A stretch of 45,979 nucleotides of DNA. Origin: Usitatibacteraceae bacterium (lineage in GTDB: Bacteria; Pseudomonadota; Gammaproteobacteria; Burkholderiales; Usitatibacteraceae). The notes under the pieces are model-generated. The model was not told where the DNA came from. It saw only the letters and a list, made by a program, of their open reading frames with translations, and ran no database searches. Made by a program: the position numbers and the translations under genes. The stretch lies in contig JBCKPM010000001.1 in the NCBI GenBank assembly GCA_038901675.1, positions 1 through 45,979 of the forward strand, in the 5' to 3' direction. Each line of letters starts with the position of its first letter. Positions within the stretch are counted from its first letter, which is position 1. Positions 1 to 11,636 of this stretch are shown piece after piece.

Positions 1-846
1 CTTGAACGGCTTTCCGGCCTTTATCAGGCGTTCATGCATGGCCTTGATTGGCGGATTGTGTTTGATCGCCGACAGCGTAGCCATGTACAGCACACAACGG
101 ACATCGGCGCGGCCACCGCGAACATATCGTTGTCCTTTCCGTTTGCCGCTATCGTCAGCGAAGGGGGCCAGGCCGACCAGCGCGGAAATCTTTTGTCGGC
201 TCAGCGTCCCCAACTCCGGCAAGTCCGCCAGCAGCGAAAATGTCGTCACGTCTCCCACGCCCGGCGCACTTTCCAGCAACGTCGCCTTCTGGCACCACAC
301 CGGCGATTTCTTCAGGCGGCTCCACAAATCCGCTTCCAGCTTGGCGATGCGCTTGGTCAGCCAGGCGATGTGCTGCTCGACATCCTTCTTTGCCACCGCC
401 GGCACCATGGGCAGACGCCCTCTCTCTTGCGCGCGCATGAAGACCAGCTGGCCGCGCCGACCCAGCAGATCGGCCAAGGCGCGCTGGGCTTCGTCCGGCA
501 ACACCCGTAGCACCGGCTTCATCCGCTCGCCAAACAAGGCAAGCAACTTGGCGTCCAGGCGATCCGTCTTGGCAAAATGGCCCATCGCCTTGGCGAAGTC
601 GCGCACCTGCTTAGGGTTCACCGCCACGATCGGTAACTTGGCGACCGCCAACGCGCTGACCGCAGCCATTTCATACCCGCCGGTCGCTTCAATCACGATA
701 CGCTCCACCCCGCTGTCTTGGAGCAAAGCAACCAGCGCGGCAATACCAACGGCATCATTGGCAAAAGGCTGCGACGCGCTGACTGGCAGGCAATCAAAAT
801 CGAGGGTTAACTTGCTGACATCAATTCCTACAAACTTGGTTTCCAT
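1..846 (-). CDS. IS110-family (DEDD-type) transposase, partial (3' end runs off the window)
   Basis: Absent from the supplied ORF track because it is open at the window edge. My reverse-strand translation starts at the ATG at comp(844..846). It reads METKFVGIDVSKLTLDF..VIEATGGYE..KTDRLDAKLL..APGVGDVTTFSLLADLPELG..DDSGKRKGQRYVRGGRADVRCVLYMATLSAIKHNPPIKAMHERLIKAGKPFK with no stop through base 1. The GIDVSK / EATGGY / KTDxxDA blocks and the C-terminal SGK..RGGR block are hallmarks of IS110/IS1111 transposases. Confidence 0.9.
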   Translation of the reverse strand, partial: METKFVGIDVSKLTLDFDCLPVSASQPFANDAVGIAALVALLQDSGVERIVIEATGGYEMAAVSALAVAKLPIVAVNPKQVRDFAKAMGHFAKTDRLDAKLLALFGERMKPVLRVLPDEAQRALADLLGRRGQLVFMRAQERGRLPMVPAVAKKDVEQHIAWLTKRIAKLEADLWSRLKKSPVWCQKATLLESAPGVGDVTTFSLLADLPELGTLSRQKISALVGLAPFADDSGKRKGQRYVRGGRADVRCVLYMATLSAIKHNPPIKAMHERLIKAGKPFK

Positions 847-1048
847 GTTGATCACCCATCCTTGTGTTCAATCCGGTGTGCGACACCATCCAACCGTTCG
901 GGTTTGCAGAACACGGTTACCAAAAAAAGAGAAACACCGGTCTTCGCTTCCCTACGTACTTGCCTCTCCAAGCGCAGTACCAAGCCGGGTCGATCTAATG
1001 TCTCTCCACCAACTACAACTACAACACCACCATTTTGGGACATACAAC
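1..1048 (-). mobile_element. IS110-family insertion sequence, partial. Includes about 200 nt of non-coding left end upstream of the transposase.
   Basis: The transposase starts at 846. IS110 elements carry a long non-coding end upstream of the gene and lack classical terminal inverted repeats. The outer boundary at about 1048 is inferred only from where similarity to a second locus (4628-4653) begins. Confidence 0.5.
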
Positions 1049-1074
1049 AAGGTTGGGATGGGGGCGTGGTTGTT
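1049..1074. repeat. 26-nt repeat AAGGTTGGGATGGGGGCGTGGTTGTT (copy 1), abutting the IS110 non-coding end
   Basis: 25/26 identical to 4628-4653. A weaker second block (1106-1139 versus 4705-4738, GAATTAyTsCAsTAAC..GAAATGGAAT) follows in the same order. Confidence 0.8.
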
Positions 1075-1141
1075 TCCCGTTGAAATTGAGCTAGACGCCG
1101 GGCGAGAATTACTGCACTAACAATCGAGAAATGGAATAACC

Positions 1142-1537
1142 ATGTCTGAGCCTTTGACCTCCACCTCCGCATCGACGCTTATCGAGCGCGATTTATCGTC
1201 GGAAAAAAGAACCTTGCACGTGCTCTATGCCTTGCACGCGTTGGCACCGTTCACGTTCTGGACGTTGGCGATTGTGGCCATGATTGTTGGTGCCGCGAAA
1301 CAAGGCGACGTGCGCGGAACTTATCTGGATGCGCACTATGGTTGGCTGTCGCGCACTTTCTGGTTCGGCATCCTCTGGCTGATTCTCGCTTGGGGTGTGT
1401 TCTGGATACTGGGGCTGCTGACGCTGGGCATCGGCATGTTTGTGCTGTGGGTGTTGCCGGTGGCGGTGTTCATCTGGTACTTGTACCGCGTCATCTTTGG
1501 CTGGCTGCGATTAAACGACGGCAAACTGATCGCTTAG
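1142..1537 (+). CDS. small integral membrane protein, unknown function
   Basis: 131-aa ORF with three to four strongly hydrophobic, Trp/Leu-rich segments (FTFWTLAIVAMIVGA, FWFGILWLILAWGVFWILGLLTLGIGMFVLWVLPVAVFIWYLY). Convergent with glnD. Confidence 0.6.
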   Translation: MSEPLTSTSASTLIERDLSSEKRTLHVLYALHALAPFTFWTLAIVAMIVGAAKQGDVRGTYLDAHYGWLSRTFWFGILWLILAWGVFWILGLLTLGIGMFVLWVLPVAVFIWYLYRVIFGWLRLNDGKLIA

Positions 1538-1559
1538 ACGGCAAGTCTCACCTACTACA

Positions 1560-4136
1560 TCAGACGACGGTCGCTGCCAGGGCGCGTTTGAGCGCGTCGA
1601 CGAACACCGGATCCGCGAGTTGTTGATGCTCAACAATGAACACGTCTTCGACACGACTGCCGAGTGTCGTAATGCGCGCGTCGTGCAAATTTACATTCGC
1701 ATCGTGCAGGGTGCGCGCGATGGCCGATAGCAGCCCCGGTTTGTCGGCGCAGGTGATCGCGAGCTCGAAGTAGGGTGCCACGCGTGAATTTCGCAATGTG
1801 ATTTCAGGTGTCAATGGAAAATGTTTCGCTTGGCGCGTCGCGCGGGCACTCGTGGGTTCCGGGATTTGAGGTGCCTGCAAGGCGTTGGTGAGTTCGCGCG
1901 GAATGGTCGCCTCGATGCGTGCGCGCAGGTCGCGGTGGCGTGATTTCGGCAGTACCAGAAAGCTGTCAAGCGCGAATCCGTTGGTGGTCGTGTAGATACG
2001 CGCCGACATGATATCGAGCTGCATGCGCTCAAAGGCGTTGGTCAGTCTTGCAAAAACGCCAGCTTCGTCGCGCGTCATCACCAGCACTTCAAACAACGAC
2101 GCGCGTTCATCTTCGCGCACAAAAATGCAAGGCTGCGACGGTGCAACGTTTTCGCCGATGATCTCGGCGTGCCAGATGAGGTCGTCAACATCGAAGCGCT
2201 GGAAATAGCGCTCATTGACGTGGCTCCAGATCGGCGGAGCAAGCGTGGTGTTCAGGCGTGCCAGCGCATCGTGGCGCTTGAATTCGACCCAATGCGCGTT
2301 CGGTGCGCTGTCCCCGCGCAGTAGTCGACGTGTGGCGAGGAACAATTCCTCCAGAAGTTTCGCTTTCCAGCTGTTCCACACCTGCGGACTGGTACCGCGA
2401 ATATCGGCCACCGTGAGCAAATACAGCGCCGTGAGGCGTCGCTCATTGCCGACTTGCGCCGCGAAGTGGGATATCACTTCAGGGTCCGACAGGTCCTGTT
2501 TTTGCGCGGTGGCCGACATCATCAAGTGCGCACCGACCAGCCACGCCACCAAATCACTGTCGGCCGTCGACAGCTGCAATTGTTGGCAAAAACGCTTGGC
2601 GTCGCGCGTGCCGAGCGTGGAGTGATCGCCGCCGCGGCCCTTGGCGATGTCGTGGAACAAGCACGCCAAATAGAGCAGATGCTTGCCGTCGAAGGCGTGG
2701 GCGAGCTCATGGCAAAACGGAAATTCATGCGCAAAACGTGGCAACACAAGGCGGCGCATGTTGCGCAACACCATCAGGATGTGTTCATCCACCGTGTAGA
2801 CGTGAAACAAGTCGTGCTGCATCTGCCCGACAATGCGACCAAACGCCGGCAAGTATCGTCCGAGAATTCCGTAGCGGCTCATGCGCCTGAGTGCAAAAGT
2901 GAGGCGTTCGCTGCGCAAAATGTCGAGGAACAACGCGTTGACATCTCGGTCGTCACGGAAGGCAGGGCCGATGTTGGGGACTTCGCGCCACATTGCGCGC
3001 AACGTTTCTGCCGCAAAAAACTCCGCTTCGTGGGTGTGTTGCAGGGCGAGGAAAGCGCGGAAAATCGCCCGTGGGTCGCGTCGAAAAATGCGCGTGTTGA
3101 TGGCGGCGATATTGCCGTTGACGAGTTCAAACTCGTCATGCACTTTGCGCACCACATCGCGCTTTTTGCGCTGGATAAGTTCGCTCAGATTGGCGAGCAA
3201 TATCGAATTGAGCTGCCAGACAATTTTGGCCGACAGATAGTAGCGACGCATCAACACTTCAGAGGCGCGCTTGGCGCGGGTCGGTTTTAACTTGAGCTGC
3301 TCGGCCAACGTGGTTTGATGGTCGAATACCAACCGGTCTTCGCGCCGATTGGCCACATAGTGCAAGCGAATACGCAGGTCGATCAACACGCGGCGGTGTT
3401 TGCCAATCAGCCGCGCTTCATCGTCGGTGATGAGGTCGGCTGTGGCGAGGGCACCCCAGTCGGCGAGCGCGTCGCCGCCGATATTTGCCGCACGTGCGAT
3501 CCACAACACGGTCTGCAAATCTCGCAAGCCGCCTGGGCTTTCTTTGATATTTGGTTCCAGATTCAACGCGATGTCGTGGTGACGCGCGTGTCGCCGTCGC
3601 TGCTCGTCGAGCTTCGCGTCCAGAAACGCGGGCAGCGAACGCGCCGCGGCGAGCGTTTGCGAGAGCGCCGTCGCGAGGGCTTGATCGCCCCACAGCCAAC
3701 GCGCTTCGAGCATGCTGGTGTCGACGGTAATGTCCTTGGCAGCTTCGGACACACACTCGGTCAGCGTGCGAACCGATGTTCCGGGCTCCAAGCCGACATC
3801 CCACAGCAAGGTGACGAATGCTTCAATCGCAGCGTTGGCCGCGCTGCCGTTTGCGGTGCCAGTTGCGTCCGGCAAGAGCACCAATACATCGACATCCGAG
3901 GCCGGAAACAAAAAACCGCGGCCGTAGCCGCCCACAGCGAGCAACGCAATGTCATCCGGTAAACCAATGTCCGTGGCGATGCGCGTGATGACTTCGTCCA
4001 CCAGACCCGCGTGTTGCCGCAAATTGCGATCCGGTTGCGGTCGCTTGAAATAGTCCTGTTTGAGTCGTGCGCGCTCGGCACTCAGCCAATCGCGGATCGG
4101 CTTGACGTAGGCAACGCGGGTTTGATGGTCAGCCAT
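1560..4136 (-). CDS. glnD: [protein-PII] uridylyltransferase / uridylyl-removing enzyme
   Basis: 858-aa ORF with an N-terminal nucleotidyltransferase motif (GGYGRG..PASDVDVLVL), a central HD domain (HDIAKG) and two C-terminal ACT-like regions. The length is typical of GlnD. Confidence 0.93.
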   Translation of the reverse strand: MADHQTRVAYVKPIRDWLSAERARLKQDYFKRPQPDRNLRQHAGLVDEVITRIATDIGLPDDIALLAVGGYGRGFLFPASDVDVLVLLPDATGTANGSAANAAIEAFVTLLWDVGLEPGTSVRTLTECVSEAAKDITVDTSMLEARWLWGDQALATALSQTLAAARSLPAFLDAKLDEQRRRHARHHDIALNLEPNIKESPGGLRDLQTVLWIARAANIGGDALADWGALATADLITDDEARLIGKHRRVLIDLRIRLHYVANRREDRLVFDHQTTLAEQLKLKPTRAKRASEVLMRRYYLSAKIVWQLNSILLANLSELIQRKKRDVVRKVHDEFELVNGNIAAINTRIFRRDPRAIFRAFLALQHTHEAEFFAAETLRAMWREVPNIGPAFRDDRDVNALFLDILRSERLTFALRRMSRYGILGRYLPAFGRIVGQMQHDLFHVYTVDEHILMVLRNMRRLVLPRFAHEFPFCHELAHAFDGKHLLYLACLFHDIAKGRGGDHSTLGTRDAKRFCQQLQLSTADSDLVAWLVGAHLMMSATAQKQDLSDPEVISHFAAQVGNERRLTALYLLTVADIRGTSPQVWNSWKAKLLEELFLATRRLLRGDSAPNAHWVEFKRHDALARLNTTLAPPIWSHVNERYFQRFDVDDLIWHAEIIGENVAPSQPCIFVREDERASLFEVLVMTRDEAGVFARLTNAFERMQLDIMSARIYTTTNGFALDSFLVLPKSRHRDLRARIEATIPRELTNALQAPQIPEPTSARATRQAKHFPLTPEITLRNSRVAPYFELAITCADKPGLLSAIARTLHDANVNLHDARITTLGSRVEDVFIVEHQQLADPVFVDALKRALAATVV

Positions 4137-4156
4137 CCGCCGGTACCGCCGAGCGG

Positions 4157-4555
4157 TCAGACGTGTACGGCGACCGCTGCCGACACCGGTGGCGGAGGGG
4201 TTCCGGTGGAAACAGTGAGGACTTCAAATCCGTCCTCGGTGACCAACACGGTGTGTTCCCATTGCGCCGACAGGCTGTGGTCGGCAGTGACCACGGTCCA
4301 CCCGTCGCCGAGCATGCGAATGTCTTTCTTGCCGGCATTGATCATCGGTTCAACCGTGAAAATCATGCCTTCCTTGAGTGGCATACCCTGCCCGGGCTTA
4401 CCGTAGTGCAGGATTTGCGGATCTTCATGAAATTTGCGGCCGATACCGTGGCCGCAGAATTCGCGCACGATGGAAAAGCCATTGCCCTCGGCAAAGTGCT
4501 GAATGGCGTTGCCAATATCGCCGATAGTCGCGCCCGGCTTGACCTTGGCGATGCT
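4157..4555 (-). pseudogene. map: methionine aminopeptidase remnant (C-terminal half only)
   Basis: Reverse translation gives SIAKVKPGATIGDIGNAIQHFAEGNGFSIVREFCGHGIGRKFHEDPQILHYGKP..FTVEPMINAG..SAQWEHTVLVTEDGFEVLT. This aligns with roughly the second half of E. coli Map. The frame is closed by TGA at comp(4583..4585). Only 195 bp separate the remnant from the def stop, so there is no room for the N-terminal half. Confidence 0.8.
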
Positions 4556-4606
4556 AAAAACAAATAATAAACCATGGGAAATTCAGCCTGCCTCTTGACA
4601 CGGTTG

Positions 4607-4630
4607 CTTCCCCCGCGAATGTGGGGGAAG
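4607..4630. repeat. 8-bp stem hairpin CTTCCCCC-N8-GGGGGAAG overlapping the start of the 26-nt repeat
   Basis: Perfect inverted repeat read directly. No flanking T-run on either strand, so I do not call it a terminator. Confidence 0.6.
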
Positions 4631-4653
4631 GCTGGGATGGGGGCGTGGTTGTT
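4628..4653. repeat. 26-nt repeat AAGGCTGGGATGGGGGCGTGGTTGTT (copy 2)
   Basis: 25/26 identical to 1049-1074. Lies in the 195-bp gap between the map remnant and def. Confidence 0.8.
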
Positions 4654-4750
4654 GTCGGCATCGCAGCCATTTTCTGCGACCAAAATTTGCGACGAATACG
4701 CGCTGAATTATTCCAGTAACGAAATGGAAATGGAATTAGCTCCTGTGGGT

Positions 4751-5290
4751 TCAGTCGTCTTCGTACGCCGACAGCTCAGGGAATAAAACGTCGGTGAAGC
4801 CGAATTGCGACAAGTCGTTCATGCGCATCGGATACAACACACCATCAAGGTGATCGCATTCATGCTGCACCACGCGCGCATGGAAGCCGTCGACCGTTCG
4901 ATCAATGATCGCACCGTGCTCGTCAAGCCCGGTATAGCGAATGCGACTGTGGCGCGGCACCAGGCCGCGCATGCCTGGGACTGAAAGGCAACCTTCCCAG
5001 CCATCCTCAATGACATCATCTTGCGGCGTGATGGTCGGGTTAATCAACACGGTAAACGGTACCACCACACCAGGATAGCGCGGATTCTCGCGCACTTCAA
5101 AAATCACCACCCGCACGTTTTCGCCAATCTGCGGTGCCGCGAGACCCGCGCCGTGCGCGGCAAGCATGGTCTCATTCATGTCCTCGAGCAGCGATGCCAA
5201 CTCTGCACTGCCAAACTTCTGTGGCGGAAAATCAAGCGATGGCGCTAACAGCGACGGCGTGCCCATTTTCAGAATTGGTCGAATCGCCAT
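4751..5290 (-). CDS. def: peptide deformylase
   Basis: 179-aa ORF carrying the three deformylase motifs (GAGLAAPQIG, EGCLSVPG, HECDHLDG). Confidence 0.93.
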   Translation of the reverse strand: MAIRPILKMGTPSLLAPSLDFPPQKFGSAELASLLEDMNETMLAAHGAGLAAPQIGENVRVVIFEVRENPRYPGVVVPFTVLINPTITPQDDVIEDGWEGCLSVPGMRGLVPRHSRIRYTGLDEHGAIIDRTVDGFHARVVQHECDHLDGVLYPMRMNDLSQFGFTDVLFPELSAYEDD

Positions 5291-5329
5291 TTGCCTTCCG
5301 CCAATATCACGTTGACGATGTCGGAACCG

Positions 5330-6163
5330 TTACTTGAAGCCACGAGCCGAAGCGGGCATTGCCGCGTGCATTTCAACCGCGCGCGCCAACACGGTTTTCA
5401 CTTTTTCCATGCCAACCTTGAGCACCGCATCCGCGTCGGATAGTTTGATGCCCTCCGACGACGTGCCGAGGCCTGCTGCGTGGTTCATCGACAGTGCCAG
5501 TGTTGCGTACGAGAGTTCCTGCTCACGGGCGAGCGAAGCCTCAGGCATGGTGGTCATGCCCACCATCGTGCAGCCATCGCGCGCCAAGCGCGTCACTTCC
5601 GCGCGGGTTTCCAGCCGTGGGCCTTGCGTGACGCCGAGCGTGCCGCTCTCTAGCACCGCAATGCCGACGGCCTTGGCCGCTGCGAGAAAAAGCAATCGTG
5701 CACGCGCGCAGTACGGGTCGGTGAAATCAATATGGGTCACCGGCTTGTCGCCCTCGAAATAGGTGTGCTTGCGACTGTAGGTGTAGTCGATTACCTGATC
5801 CGGCACCGCCAACACGCCAGGTCCCATATTCTCAGCGACGCCGCCGACCGCATTGATTGCCAGCACCCGCGTCACGCCAACCGATTTCAGTGCCCACATG
5901 TTGGCGCGATAGTTGACTTCGTGCGGCGGCAAAGTGTGCGCATAGCCGTGACGCGCCAGAAACACCACCCCCGCCTCGCCGATACGACCGTAGGTCAGGT
6001 ACCCCGATGGTTCGCCGTATGGCGTTCGCACCACTTCTTTCTTGGTGATCTCTAGATTCGGTAAGTTTGTCAGGCCGGTACCACCGATGATTGCAAGCAA
6101 TGCTGTCTCCGTCACATTTTGTTTGAATTTGTAAGTCGTTTGTTGGTGCGGTGTTTCAGGCAA
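5330..6163 (-). CDS. mtnP: S-methyl-5'-thioadenosine phosphorylase (purine nucleoside phosphorylase family)
   Basis: 277-aa ORF with IIGGTGL..PYGEPSG..FLARHG..H..PPHEVNYRANMWALK, typical of MTAP. The true start may lie a few codons downstream. Confidence 0.85.
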   Translation of the reverse strand: MPETPHQQTTYKFKQNVTETALLAIIGGTGLTNLPNLEITKKEVVRTPYGEPSGYLTYGRIGEAGVVFLARHGYAHTLPPHEVNYRANMWALKSVGVTRVLAINAVGGVAENMGPGVLAVPDQVIDYTYSRKHTYFEGDKPVTHIDFTDPYCARARLLFLAAAKAVGIAVLESGTLGVTQGPRLETRAEVTRLARDGCTMVGMTTMPEASLAREQELSYATLALSMNHAAGLGTSSEGIKLSDADAVLKVGMEKVKTVLARAVEMHAAMPASARGFK

Positions 6164-6216
6164 AAGTGCTTGAAAATGCGCGCCAGTCGGCTAGTTTCAT
6201 TCTGCACTACCCGGTA

Positions 6217-6774
6217 CTATTTACCTTTGATCACGCGAATTTCGGCCAGGTTGCGCCATGCACCTGAAACATCCATCCCGTAGCCGAACACAAACCGGTT
6301 TGGCACCGTCAAGCCGACATACTCCGCCTTCAACGGTTTTTGCGCATTGCGTTCAGGTCCGTAGTCTTTCACGCAAAACACCGCGCACGCGACGCTCAGC
6401 GCGCCGTTGCGTTTGATCAGATCCACAATCGCGGCTAGGGTGACGCCTTCGTCGAGAATATCGTCGAGCAGCAGCACATGCCGACCGGCGACGTTGTCAC
6501 GCGGTGCCACGCGCCACGTCAGCTCGGTACCGACCTTGGCATTACCGTAACGCGATACCTGCACGATGTCGAAGTCGCAGGCGATGGTGAGTTGCGGCAG
6601 CAATTGGCCGGTGAACACCACCGCGCCCCCCATCACCGACAGAATTAATGGCAGCCTGTCGGCGAAGTCGCGATTGATGTTGGCCGCAACATTCGCCGTC
6701 GCGCGATCCACCTCCGCCTTCGAGAACAGCAAGTCGGAATCGGTGAGAATGGCATTGGCTTCGTCGAACGTCAT
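6217..6774 (-). CDS. hpt: hypoxanthine(-guanine) phosphoribosyltransferase
   Basis: 185-aa ORF with the PRPP-binding motif VLLLDDILDEGVTL and Hpt-like length. Confidence 0.85.
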   Translation of the reverse strand: MTFDEANAILTDSDLLFSKAEVDRATANVAANINRDFADRLPLILSVMGGAVVFTGQLLPQLTIACDFDIVQVSRYGNAKVGTELTWRVAPRDNVAGRHVLLLDDILDEGVTLAAIVDLIKRNGALSVACAVFCVKDYGPERNAQKPLKAEYVGLTVPNRFVFGYGMDVSGAWRNLAEIRVIKGK

Positions 6775-6846
6775 ATTGCAACTTTGTGATTGGTCAAGGG
6801 AGAAAAAGTCCGCGCATTCGCGGCTCAGGGCAGCGCTGTTGTATGT

Positions 6847-7767
6847 TCAGGACTTGTGTGGAAGGCGTCGCAAATATTCGGCAAACGCTGTGCCGACCTC
6901 CGGGTGCTTCAAGCCCAATGCTACGCTGGCTTGCAGATAGCCAATTTTCGATCCGCAATCGTAGCGCGTCCCTTCGAATTCATACGCGAACACGGCTTCT
7001 TCGGCGAGCAGTGCGGCAATGCCATCGGTGAGCTGGATTTCCTTGCCCACGCCGCGCTGGATTTTCTCCAGGTGCGCGAAGATCGCTGGCGTCAGGATAT
7101 AGCGCCCCACCACACTCAGCGTCGATGGCGCGTCTTTGGGTTTTGGTTTCTCGACAATGCCGGTCATACGCGACATGCGCTCACCGGGCTCGCGCGAAAT
7201 CGGCGTGGAGGCGACGATGCCATACGAAGACACTTCGCTCTTCGGTACGTCGACACAGCCTAGCACCGATGCGTCGTGTAGCTGATACTGCTGCACCATC
7301 TGGCGCATCACCGGCACCTCGGCGTCTATCAAATCGTCGGCGAGGATGACGGCAAACGCTTCGTCACCCACCAAGTATTTGGCACACAACACCGCGTGGC
7401 CAAGCCCCAACGCTTCGGGCTGTCGCACATACACGTACTGCACGTTTGGCGGCAGCATGTTGCGTACCTGATCGAGCAGTTTCAATTTGCCCTTCAAGTG
7501 TAGTTCCGCTTCAAGCTCGTAGGCTTTGTCGAAATGATCCTCGATGGTGCGCTTGCCTCGACCCGTCACAAAAATCATTTGTGTAATTCCAGCCGCTGCC
7601 GCTTCTTCGACTGCGTATTGGATCAGCGGCTTGTCGACTACCGGCAACATTTCCTTGGGGCTGGCTTTGGTGGCTGGCAAAAAGCGCGTACCGAGCCCGG
7701 CGACGGGGAACACAGCTTTGGTAATTTTCTTTGGACTCAATCTCTTTTCCTCAGAATTGCTCGTCAT
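6847..7767 (-). CDS. galU: UTP--glucose-1-phosphate uridylyltransferase
   Basis: Carries [44 protein letters not shown] chose the ATG at comp(7765..7767); the track ORF starts at a TTG at 7785. Either start overlaps the end of the upstream SWIM gene. Confidence 0.9.
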   Translation of the reverse strand: MTSNSEEKRLSPKKITKAVFPVAGLGTRFLPATKASPKEMLPVVDKPLIQYAVEEAAAAGITQMIFVTGRGKRTIEDHFDKAYELEAELHLKGKLKLLDQVRNMLPPNVQYVYVRQPEALGLGHAVLCAKYLVGDEAFAVILADDLIDAEVPVMRQMVQQYQLHDASVLGCVDVPKSEVSSYGIVASTPISREPGERMSRMTGIVEKPKPKDAPSTLSVVGRYILTPAIFAHLEKIQRGVGKEIQLTDGIAALLAEEAVFAYEFEGTRYDCGSKIGYLQASVALGLKHPEVGTAFAEYLRRLPHKS

Positions 7768-8101
7768 CGCGCATCGCGCGCTCAAGTCTGTACTTTACCG
7801 TTTCAAGCTCACTCTTCGCGTTGCTGACCCTAGCTTTCAACGCAGAATATTCTGCTAGCAGTTGAACATAGTCCGTGTGCCCGATCCATTCTGCGATCTC
7901 TGCAATTACTGCTGAAGTTGCATCGACCAACTGGACAGAATGGTCAGCCAAGACCACGCCCAGCTTATGTTTACAAAGCTTCCCATACTTACCGGAGCCA
8001 CATGTACACGTCACCGACAGACGATCATTTTCGCGCTTAAACTCCACCACGTACTCGTCGTCTCCTTCTGAAGAAAGGACTCGAACAGTGCGCCGTTGCA
8101 T
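7751..8101 (-). CDS. small SWIM zinc-finger protein with a C-terminal coiled-coil-like tail
   Basis: 116-aa ORF with a CxC-x(n)-CxH signature ([14 protein letters not shown]). It sits 4 nt downstream of the ligA stop and overlaps the galU start. GC is lower than the surroundings. Confidence 0.65.
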   Translation of the reverse strand: MQRRTVRVLSSEGDDEYVVEFKRENDRLSVTCTCGSGKYGKLCKHKLGVVLADHSVQLVDATSAVIAEIAEWIGHTDYVQLLAEYSALKARVSNAKSELETVKYRLERAMRDDEQF

Positions 8102-8105
8102 CGCT

Positions 8106-11382
<3,277 letters not shown>

Positions 11383-11389
11383 GACATTA

Positions 11390-11542
11390 GGGCACCTCTA
11401 AAAATTCACTGAAGCCGCGCTGGCGGCGTTGCAAAGCCGCTCAAAATGCTCATGTATACGTGTACACGGCGCGTGTACACGGCGCTGTTTCGCGACTTTG
11501 CGCCTTGCCATCATCGGCTTGATTGAATTTTTAGAAGTACCC
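11390..11542 (+). mobile_element. MITE family 1, copy 1 (153 bp; carries an internal 12-bp duplication)
   Basis: Termini GGGCACCTCTAAAAATT ... AATTTTTAGAAGTACCC. Flanked by ATTA (11386-11389) and ATTC (11543-11546). The body is near-identical to copies 3, 4 and 5. Confidence 0.9.
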
Positions 11543-11636
11543 ATTCGTAAAGTCTAGTATTGACGGGCATTTTCAGCCATAAATGGCTGAAACACCGCGC
11601 CGATATTGCCTTGTCTGTAACAACTCCATCCGACCA

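Noticed and set aside
2-1120. 372-aa plus-strand ORF at the left edge
   Set aside because: It is the antisense shadow of the IS110 transposase. The product is Ser/Arg/Ala-rich with no recognisable motif, while the minus strand gives a textbook IS110 transposase.
2454-3290. 278-aa plus-strand ORF, plus several other ORFs inside glnD
   Set aside because: They are antisense or out of frame relative to the uninterrupted 858-aa GlnD ORF.
11566-11588. Hairpin TTCAGCCAT-AA-ATGGCTGAA downstream of smc, considered as a terminator
   Set aside because: The 9-bp stem is perfect, but no U-tract follows it on the smc (minus) strand, so I do not call it a terminator.
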